Virus record (IMG/VR): IMGVR_UViG_3300046779_001841
Coordinates: 192,001-256,000 of that record
From: a virus
Taxonomy: Duplodnaviria; Caudoviricetes
DNA: 64,000 nt
Direction: 5' to 3' (one strand)
The notes under the pieces are model-generated. The model saw nothing but the letters and a program-made list of their open reading frames with translations. It made no database searches and had not been told where the DNA came from. Of this stretch, positions 57,042 to 64,000 are shown piece by piece (position 1 is the stretch's first letter; every line of letters starts with the position of its first letter). A program made the position numbers and the translations under genes.

Positions 57042-57758
57042 ATGTCAAGAGGTAGATTAGCACCAAGTCTTAACACTAGATCTAAAGGTCTAGTCGATAT
57101 GTCATTGCGAAATGATTTATTACGAGGTATGGATCAAATTGAAATTGCTGGTGCGAGTAATATCACTACTGCATATAATGCACCTAAATCCATGTTCACT
57201 GTTAAAGTAGGTTCTTCTTTTAGATCTGTTACTATTAAAACTACTAAAAGTTTAGCTGATGAAAATAATAGAGATTTAACACGATGGATTTTTGATCCTA
57301 ATGATTATGCAGATACTATTCCTGTTGATCCTGCTGATACTAAATTACCACCAGATACTGATGTTCTTTATATTCGTGTTCGTGGTAAATATAGACATAA
57401 TCAACAATGGTCGGATTACGGACCCATTATTTGTATTCCACCTTTTGATTTCTTTACTACTGCACATCCTGTTTTTACTTTCACTGGTACTGCACCTGCT
57501 TTAGCAACTGAACCTGATGTTATGGATTTTGGTTCTATGAATATTCATTTACCTTATTTCTCTCATACAATTAGTGTTGCCAATTTAGATGATACCGATT
57601 CAGGTTATGTTGCTTTTCATCCTGGTATGAATCCTACGATAATAAGACCTTATGGTGAAATTGGTTTAACTGGTGGTGGTGCGCCTGAATTGTTTATTGC
57701 AGGTGCTGGTGCTGAAATTCGTTTCACTGTTAGAATGGTTTTAGTAAATCATTCTTAA
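57042..57758 (+). CDS. Hypothetical, putative virion structural protein
   Basis: 238 aa, beta-rich composition, first gene of a structural-looking operon. Confidence 0.6.
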   Translation: MSRGRLAPSLNTRSKGLVDMSLRNDLLRGMDQIEIAGASNITTAYNAPKSMFTVKVGSSFRSVTIKTTKSLADENNRDLTRWIFDPNDYADTIPVDPADTKLPPDTDVLYIRVRGKYRHNQQWSDYGPIICIPPFDFFTTAHPVFTFTGTAPALATEPDVMDFGSMNIHLPYFSHTISVANLDDTDSGYVAFHPGMNPTIIRPYGEIGLTGGGAPELFIAGAGAEIRFTVRMVLVNHS

Positions 57759-57814
57759 TAAACATTTAATAATTATTCTTTAATAAGAAAGATTATACAA
57801 AAGGAGATACCGAA

Positions 57815-58495
57815 ATGCCTTATGTGCTACCAAGAAGAACTGACTTGCAAGATGGTGCAATTCAAATCAAAGATTTATTTTTCAATAAATCTCAATACAA
57901 AGCAACTACCGAACCTTATGCACAGGGTCCCTTATATGTGAGAGCATCCGATTTGAACAAATCAGGTCATACTGCACCTATGATTGTTTCAAATGGTGAT
58001 GAAAGATCATTTTTAAGAGCAACACATGGTCTATTAGCTTATGTTTTAGTTTATGTCGATAATAATGGTGTTGCATTAACAAAAGCACAAGCTATTGAAG
58101 TTGTAGATGCTATTCAACAAGAACTTGTTGATGGTAATGTTTTAAATAATTTACAAGCAGTTGTAACAGCGATTGATGCAGATTATGATTTCAATGGTGA
58201 AGTAGAAGATGTTCTTCGTATTTTATCAGGCGATAAGTTTGAATTTAATGCTGGTGTTACATTCCAAGATGATGCAGGTGCTTATGTAGTTCCTGTAGGT
58301 GTTGGTAGTTTCTCAACACCTAATGATAGAAGATTGATCACTGGTGATACTACTTGGGAAACTTCTCTTGCAAGTGGTGAATTGTATCAATATTCAACAA
58401 ATGTTACTACTTATGCTGGATCTAAACAAAAAGATTCAGCTAATAACGATATTCCTTTAATCATTGTTTATAAAAACGATGGCACTTTAGCTTAA
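57815..58495 (+). CDS. Putative virion structural protein, paralog of 58508..59212
   Basis: RRTDLQDGAIQIKDLF.NKSQY..QGPLYV..LIIVYKNDGTL. Confidence 0.65.
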   Translation: MPYVLPRRTDLQDGAIQIKDLFFNKSQYKATTEPYAQGPLYVRASDLNKSGHTAPMIVSNGDERSFLRATHGLLAYVLVYVDNNGVALTKAQAIEVVDAIQQELVDGNVLNNLQAVVTAIDADYDFNGEVEDVLRILSGDKFEFNAGVTFQDDAGAYVVPVGVGSFSTPNDRRLITGDTTWETSLASGELYQYSTNVTTYAGSKQKDSANNDIPLIIVYKNDGTLA

Positions 58496-58507
58496 TAGGA
58501 GATTCAA

Positions 58508-59212
58508 ATGGCTAATGTATTTATTACTCTTAAAAGAACAGATATTCCAAATGGTACTATGATCATTCGTGATCTATGGCCTAATCCTTCTCAATACAAT
58601 CCTGTTATTGATCCACTACCACAAGGACCCTTTTATCTTAGCAATGTATCTAATGGTTCTGTTACTGTTGTTGTTAATGGTGAAGTTCGTACTTTGAAGA
58701 AAGCATCAACAGGTTTAACAGCTTATTTACTAGCTACCATGAATGGTGTATCTAATGGTGTTGCAGATTTTAATTCTTTGACACAAGCAGAAGCTACATC
58801 GATTGCAACAGCTATTATCACTCGTATGCAAAATGGTTTGAAATTAGAAGATACTGATATTGAAACTTTGGCACAAGCAGTTCAAGCTGATGTTGATCTA
58901 GCTGAAAGTACAATTAGTGTTGCTAATATTCTTGCTATTCTTTCAGGTGCAGTCTTTACTTTACCTGCAGGTCATCAAATTCAACAAGCAGGTGCTGGTA
59001 CTGGTATTTTCACATCACTATCAGTAAATAATCAAGCACAATATTTTGTAGGCGATACACATCAACGATTAGTAACTAGCGATTTGGCAGTATCAAGTGC
59101 AGAAGGTGCTTTATCTGTTATGCTTACAGATGCCTTTACTTATAAAGGTATTGAAGCACAAGCAGTTGTCATTTATAATGATGATGGTACATTGTACGAT
59201 CCTAATGCTTAA
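58508..59212 (+). CDS. Putative virion structural protein, paralog of 57815..58495
   Basis: KRTDIPNGTMIIRDLWPNPSQY..QGPFYL..AVVIYNDDGTL. Confidence 0.65.
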   Translation: MANVFITLKRTDIPNGTMIIRDLWPNPSQYNPVIDPLPQGPFYLSNVSNGSVTVVVNGEVRTLKKASTGLTAYLLATMNGVSNGVADFNSLTQAEATSIATAIITRMQNGLKLEDTDIETLAQAVQADVDLAESTISVANILAILSGAVFTLPAGHQIQQAGAGTGIFTSLSVNNQAQYFVGDTHQRLVTSDLAVSSAEGALSVMLTDAFTYKGIEAQAVVIYNDDGTLYDPNA

Positions 59213-59244
59213 TTGAGATTTTAAAGTTATAAAGGAAATAACTG

Positions 59245-59454
59245 ATGAAATTAAATTTAGAAGATAAGAAAGTGATACAGGCTTTCTTCAATAAAAAGAA
59301 ATTTGAATCAAGATGTTTTACATCTGATGGTTTCAAATTAAATGCCACTTGGGGCGAACAAGTTGCTGAATGGAAAGATAATAATATTGTCTATAATACA
59401 GAAAGCAAGAAAACTAAACAAATCCTTGATCAAGTAAAAAGTCTTTTAAAATGA
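59245..59454 (+). CDS. Hypothetical protein (69 aa)
   Basis: AAGGA Shine-Dalgarno; coupled to the next gene. Confidence 0.65.
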   Translation: MKLNLEDKKVIQAFFNKKKFESRCFTSDGFKLNATWGEQVAEWKDNNIVYNTESKKTKQILDQVKSLLK

Positions 59455-59687
59455 TTTATAAAACATCAGATCTGTACTTTGCATCTTTTCTTAAAGCCAA
59501 AGGTATTATCCTTCAAGCTACCGAAAAAAATGACTACAAAGTTACTTTTCTTTTCCAAGATGATGGTTCAATTAAAGATTTGAAAAAAGAATATTTTAAC
59601 AGACAAGCTACTATCACTGCTCTTGATCTTGTAGATGAAATTCGTTCTATGAAATCTTTAACATATATGTCTAAAAAGGAATCTTAA
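59451..59687 (+). CDS. DUF5659-like small winged-helix protein
   Basis: YKTSDLYFASFLKAKG..KVTFLF..EYFN pattern. Confidence 0.6.
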   Translation: MIYKTSDLYFASFLKAKGIILQATEKNDYKVTFLFQDDGSIKDLKKEYFNRQATITALDLVDEIRSMKSLTYMSKKES

Positions 59688-59688
59688 C

Positions 59689-60018
59689 ATGGCAATTTAT
59701 CCAAATGATGTATATGCACATAATGTCTTTTTTACTTCACCTGAAGGTATTCCTATTGTTGCCACTGATACTACATATACCTTATATAGATTTACTGATG
59801 AAAATGTCATTGAAAAGTTAATTGAGAATGAACCTATGGAATTGCTTGATGAAGATGAACCATCTAGCTGGACTGCTTTTATTACTATTCCTAGCGATAC
59901 TGCAGGTCAAACTCTATATATAAAAGTGAATGCTTTAAATCTGGATGAAGAAAGAATTGTAAGAGAATCTACAATCAATATAGATTCTGTTCGTGGTATG
60001 AAAATTAGTTTTGTATAG
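59689..60018 (+). CDS. Hypothetical Ig-like structural protein
   Basis: 109-aa beta-strand pattern. Confidence 0.55.
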   Translation: MAIYPNDVYAHNVFFTSPEGIPIVATDTTYTLYRFTDENVIEKLIENEPMELLDEDEPSSWTAFITIPSDTAGQTLYIKVNALNLDEERIVRESTINIDSVRGMKISFV

Positions 60019-60051
60019 TAGTTAAACTTTTTCCCAACAAAGGAATAAAAA

Positions 60052-60372
60052 ATGACTATTGATTTAAGCACTCAAATGAAACCTGTTTTTGAATGTCTAA
60101 AAGACAAACTATCTTTCACTGATGAAGATATTCAACATCTTAGAAATAATGGCAAGATCATTTTTAATGATTTAAAGATCAAATACTATTTCAATCATGC
60201 AGGTCAAACTCGATTTAAAGTTAAATCCAGTAAAACCAAAGATGGTATTACTTTCTCATGTGAAGAAATCTTTTTCAAACCAAGTATTGTTACAGATAAA
60301 GACATCAAGAAATTTGAAAAGAAGCTATCCAAATTTCTTGGAAATAAATATGAAAACCATATTGTAGATTAA
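60052..60372 (+). CDS. Hypothetical protein
   Basis: AAGGA Shine-Dalgarno, 106 aa. Confidence 0.65.
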   Translation: MTIDLSTQMKPVFECLKDKLSFTDEDIQHLRNNGKIIFNDLKIKYYFNHAGQTRFKVKSSKTKDGITFSCEEIFFKPSIVTDKDIKKFEKKLSKFLGNKYENHIVD

Positions 60373-60373
60373 A

Positions 60374-60523
60374 ATGTTCGCACAAGCACTCAAAGATTTA
60401 CTAGAGAAAAAAATCATCGTTAAATATGATCTCACTAAAGATGAACTTTTACTTATCTGGGATATTGCTTTTGCTTTAGGTTACACTACAGAAACCAAAG
60501 AAGAATTTTTAAAGAATTTATAA
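60374..60523 (+). CDS. Small hypothetical protein (49 aa, below the ORF-track cutoff)
   Basis: ATG 1 nt after the upstream stop; MFAQALKDLLEKKIIVKYDLTKDELLLIWDIAFALGYTTETKEEFLKNL. Confidence 0.55.
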   Translation: MFAQALKDLLEKKIIVKYDLTKDELLLIWDIAFALGYTTETKEEFLKNL

Positions 60524-60561
60524 ACTGCACTTTGTTGATTATTTGAACAAGGATAAAGACA

Positions 60562-60867
60562 ATGGCAGTCATATTTAAACAAGGTGATACACCTACTAAA
60601 TGGGATTTAAGAATTTATATTCGTGATGACAAGAATAGATTTTTTGACCCTTATTCTATCACTTATGCTTTTTATTCAGTAGCTGGAAAAAATAGAATAG
60701 GTATGGCAGAAAGAACACCTATCAAGGAAAGCACTGGATATTACTTTGTAGGTGAGAAATTTAACACTGCATTTATAAAAGGCGATCATTATGTTGAATG
60801 GTCGATACAAAGAGATCCAACATCACCAATAGAAGTTGCAAGACAAGAATTTGCTATTGTTGGTTAA
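60562..60867 (+). CDS. Hypothetical Ig-like structural protein
   Basis: IFKQGDTP..DLRIYI..GYYFV..GDHYVEWSI pattern. Confidence 0.55.
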   Translation: MAVIFKQGDTPTKWDLRIYIRDDKNRFFDPYSITYAFYSVAGKNRIGMAERTPIKESTGYYFVGEKFNTAFIKGDHYVEWSIQRDPTSPIEVARQEFAIVG

Positions 60868-60870
60868 GAC

Positions 60871-61605
60871 TTAATATGGAGGATCAAAATCATCTTCTCT
60901 ATAACCAGATACATCATATAACACTTCAACATCAAAAAGAAAATTGAGTTTATTGCCACTCCAATCTACATCTTTAAAAGTAACAAAGGCTTCCGCCAAA
61001 TACTGTTCTCCTTTTTCTAAATTACGATTAAGAGATACATAATCTTTATCCAAATCATGATTCACTAAAAAATCTTCTATATCTTCACCTGTAAATTCAA
61101 CTTTTGATTTCTTAATTTCTTGCTTAATAAACATTGCGACTGCATTTAAATAAGAACCTTCTTTAAGACTTTTTAGAATACCAGCAGGCAAGATCTTACC
61201 ACTTAAGAATGATTTGGCTTTTTCATTTAAATCTTTAGATAATTCTTCTGCTACTTGTTGTAAGTCTACACCCACATTTAATGTTAAAAATTGACCCATC
61301 GGACCCCTTTGTGTGTCTTGTTCCCAACCTGTATCACGCCAATATTTACCTTCTCCTATAAGCACTACTTCATCTTCAATAATTTCTTGCTTTACAACTT
61401 TCAAATCATAATTATAATCTGAATAAAAATGCAGAATATTAGGATAAATGTTTGCAAGACTTTCAACAATCACATCAGATACATGATCTTTAGCTTGATT
61501 GGATAATTCTTTTAATGCGAACATTACACTGGGAAATGCAAGTAAAGAACCATTACCTGCTTGTTTTTGCATATATAACTTAGCAATCTTTTGATTTAAT
61601 CTCAT
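60871..61605 (-). CDS. Hypothetical protein
   Basis: 244-aa ORF with an AAAGG site upstream. Confidence 0.7.
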   Translation of the reverse strand: MRLNQKIAKLYMQKQAGNGSLLAFPSVMFALKELSNQAKDHVSDVIVESLANIYPNILHFYSDYNYDLKVVKQEIIEDEVVLIGEGKYWRDTGWEQDTQRGPMGQFLTLNVGVDLQQVAEELSKDLNEKAKSFLSGKILPAGILKSLKEGSYLNAVAMFIKQEIKKSKVEFTGEDIEDFLVNHDLDKDYVSLNRNLEKGEQYLAEAFVTFKDVDWSGNKLNFLFDVEVLYDVSGYREDDFDPPY

Positions 61606-61694
61606 TTTTAAAACCTTTCGTTTAGTTTCTTTAATAACAAATTTATAAATACTTTATTGCAGAGATTACTTTAATTTTTATAAAGGAATGAAAA

Positions 61695-62126
61695 ATGGCA
61701 AAGAAGAAAGCTACATTACCACCATCACCATATACCTATTATGCAGATGTCTTAGAAGTCTATGATGGTGATACACTCACTGTTACTATTGATCTTGGTT
61801 TTAGTTTAACTGTTAAAACTAAAGTTCGTCTTATGGGTATTGATACTGCTGAAATGAAATCAGAAGATCCAGAAGTTAAGAAACTCGCTATTGCTAGTAG
61901 AGATTTTATTCGTTCTCAAGCACTCGATAAGAAAGTTTTATTGAAAAGCCATAAGCCAGATAAGTATGGTCGTGCTTTAGCTGATATTTGGACTTTAGAT
62001 GCTCAATGGCAACCAGCACCTAAGACTTTAAGTGAAATGATGATTGAACAAGGATTTGCCAAAGCATATGATGGTGGTACTAAAGATCAATTTACTGCAG
62101 ATGATGCACTCAATGGTGTTAAATAA
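61695..62126 (+). CDS. Thermonuclease (staphylococcal nuclease-like) family protein
   Basis: VLEVYDGDT, VRLMGIDTAE, DKYGRALA, MIEQGFAKAYDGG. Confidence 0.88.
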   Translation: MAKKKATLPPSPYTYYADVLEVYDGDTLTVTIDLGFSLTVKTKVRLMGIDTAEMKSEDPEVKKLAIASRDFIRSQALDKKVLLKSHKPDKYGRALADIWTLDAQWQPAPKTLSEMMIEQGFAKAYDGGTKDQFTADDALNGVK

Positions 62127-62202
62127 AGTGTAATTCTTTTTTTAGAAAATATAAGTGTTTTTGTCTATGTAGACAAAACACATTTCTTAAAAAGGATAAA
62201 CC

Positions 62203-62463
62203 ATGTCTTTAAGTTCGCATTATGAAATCTTTTCTTATGTTAAAGAAAACTTTAGTGATATATTGAGTAATATTGACCATCTTGCTGGTGATATATTTGG
62301 ATATGTAAAGAATACACATAAACCTATTATCTTCTTTTATGCACATGATACAGATGATTGTATTGGTATTAGTCTAGTGTATGATGATAGAACTTTAAAA
62401 ACTCATTTTCCATGCAATGATTTAGAAAGTATTAAAAAGTATTTAATCGAAGAATGTGCATAA
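62203..62463 (+). CDS. Hypothetical protein (86 aa)
   Basis: AAGGA Shine-Dalgarno. Confidence 0.65.
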   Translation: MSLSSHYEIFSYVKENFSDILSNIDHLAGDIFGYVKNTHKPIIFFYAHDTDDCIGISLVYDDRTLKTHFPCNDLESIKKYLIEECA

Positions 62464-62550
62464 TCAAAAAAAATCATAATCTTGTGTAAAATTTAAGAAT
62501 AAAAATATAAGTAAATACAACATTAAATCACTTAAAAAAGGATAGTAAAA

Positions 62551-63063
62551 ATGGCAAGAGCTATATCTAAAGATCTTGTTGTTCTTGAAAGATTATATCG
62601 TAGGCTTTCAGGACATAAATGTAATAAAGGTCGTGTTCATACATATCATCTAGGCAATCTTTATTGTAGATTTTGGGGTTATGGTCAATGGGCAGGATTA
62701 GGTTCAGTACAACCTATTGAACCTAAGGAAAAACTTAGTGATGCTACTCGTCAAGAATATGAAAAAATGGCTAATGAAGCTATTAAACTCCAAAACACGA
62801 TTGATACATCTGTGGTACGATTGAACACACTCAGACAAGAAATTTCAACATACCTTTGTAGTAAAGGTGTTGAACCAGAACACATCCACAAAGATTTTTT
62901 TGTTGTTGACGATTATGAAAACTATAAAACAATAGAAACAAAAATCAAAGATTTAAGAAAGCAACTTAAACCCTTACCTAAAGACAAAACAACACTTTCA
63001 CTAAGAAAATCCTTAAAACTTGAAATTAAAAACTTACAAAACCAACTGGCAAAACTTAAATAG
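62551..63063 (+). CDS. Tandem ~170-aa paralog 1 (LERxYxxxSGH family)
   Basis: LERLYRRLSGHKCNKG..YCRFWGYG..HIHKDF, then a coiled coil. Confidence 0.8.
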   Translation: MARAISKDLVVLERLYRRLSGHKCNKGRVHTYHLGNLYCRFWGYGQWAGLGSVQPIEPKEKLSDATRQEYEKMANEAIKLQNTIDTSVVRLNTLRQEISTYLCSKGVEPEHIHKDFFVVDDYENYKTIETKIKDLRKQLKPLPKDKTTLSLRKSLKLEIKNLQNQLAKLK

Positions 63064-63074
63064 GAGCAAATATC

Positions 63075-63584
63075 ATGAGAGTTATTTCCAAAGCAAAAGC
63101 TACTCTTGAAGAAAAATATCGTCAAATCACAGGTCATCCATCTAATGATGGTTATGTCGAAAATTATATCATCAATAATATGTATGAAAGATTTATTGGA
63201 TATGGTCGTAGTGTATGGTTAGGTGCATATTATTGGCTTCCCAATGATCATGGTTTAAGTCCAGAAGTTGAAGCTGAATACAATGCTCTTTATAAGAGAT
63301 TTCAAGAATTAGATCGCGCTCTTGATTCTACTGTTAAAGAAATGAACAACCTTAGAATTGAAGGTGTTGAATTTCTTCAAAGACAAGATATTGATAGAAA
63401 AGACATCCACAAAGAGTTTATTGTCATCAATGATTTTGAAACATATACTGCACTTGAAACCAAGATTAAAGCACTGAAACAAATTCTAAAAGAAACACCA
63501 AAGAATAAATCTACTCTTGCAGATAGAGAACACTTAACACAACAAATCACTGACTTAGAAACACAACTAAGACAAGTGAAATAG
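63075..63584 (+). CDS. Tandem ~170-aa paralog 2
   Basis: LEEKYRQITGHPSNDG..YERFIGYG..DIHKEF. Confidence 0.8.
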   Translation: MRVISKAKATLEEKYRQITGHPSNDGYVENYIINNMYERFIGYGRSVWLGAYYWLPNDHGLSPEVEAEYNALYKRFQELDRALDSTVKEMNNLRIEGVEFLQRQDIDRKDIHKEFIVINDFETYTALETKIKALKQILKETPKNKSTLADREHLTQQITDLETQLRQVK

Positions 63585-63596
63585 GAGTTATAAATC

Positions 63597-64000
63597 ATGG
63601 GAAGAAAAAGAGGCATTACTCAAGAAAGAGCAACACTTGAAAGAGTATATCGTAATCTCAGTGGTCATAAATGTAATGATGGCTGGGTTATGGACTGGAA
63701 ATCTTGGAACTGCAGTTATAGATTTTGGAGTTTTAATCGCAGTGCTTGGCTAGGAGAATTTTATCCTATTGAAAAAGATGAACACATCAGTGATGAACTT
63801 CGTGCTGAGTATGAAGCCATTCAAAAACAAGCTACTGAACTTCAAAGAACTATCGATTATTCTATTTCTACATTAAACGATCTTCGTAGGCAAGGTGTTG
63901 AGTTTTTTACCAAGCATGGTATTGATAGAAAAGACATCCATAAACCTTTTGAAATTCGTCAAGATCCAGATTACGAACAAAAGTACCAAGCACTTGAAAC
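63597..64000 (+). CDS. Tandem paralog 3 (partial, runs off the right edge; absent from the ORF track)
   Basis: ATG 63597 after AGGAG: MGRKRGITQERATLERVYRNLSGHKCNDGW..YRFWSF..DRKDIHKPF. Confidence 0.8.
   Translation, partial: MGRKRGITQERATLERVYRNLSGHKCNDGWVMDWKSWNCSYRFWSFNRSAWLGEFYPIEKDEHISDELRAEYEAIQKQATELQRTIDYSISTLNDLRRQGVEFFTKHGIDRKDIHKPFEIRQDPDYEQKYQALE

Noticed and set aside
1-64000. Alternative genetic code (stop-codon reassignment), as in some large phages
   Set aside because: Code 11 gives long, tightly packed ORFs, and TAA, TAG (1411, 8193) and TGA (19230, 40488) all end genes at sensible boundaries.

Overview
This is an AT-rich (roughly 30% GC by eye), densely coding, standard-code segment of a large tailed phage, probably a jumbo myophage. 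I saw no rRNA, CRISPR array, integrase or IS. From left to right it contains: (1) a minus-strand array of three paralogous giant proteins, two complete at ~2100 aa and one cut by the window edge. The complete ones have a SNF2/SF2 helicase core and a GNAT-like domain, and one copy has degenerate ATPase motifs. (2) A minus-strand replication module: AdoMetDC, a stand-alone primase zinc finger, three tandem ~82-aa paralogs, DnaB-like helicase, a degenerate DnaC-like loader and a SNF2 helicase. (3) A plus-strand contractile tail/baseplate module: tube, chaperones, tape measure, two tube-initiator-like paralogs, a hub with a CHAP-like domain and a gp5/spike-like protein. (4) An accessory block: tRNA-CAT, an orphan C5 methyltransferase encoded as two overlapping frames, IMPDH/GMPR and a 1717-aa secreted PKD-type protein with a MYXO-CTERM-like tail that hints at a Myxococcota host. 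(5) A UvrD-like helicase and many small or virion-type genes, ending in another tandem paralog array. Window-wide signals are an apparent absence of GCWGC with Ala-Ala recoded as GCG-GCN, two short structured non-coding elements with the same architecture, and a short helical module next to [KR]-x-A motifs that recurs on unrelated proteins. All functional calls come from motif recognition by eye; no searches were run.
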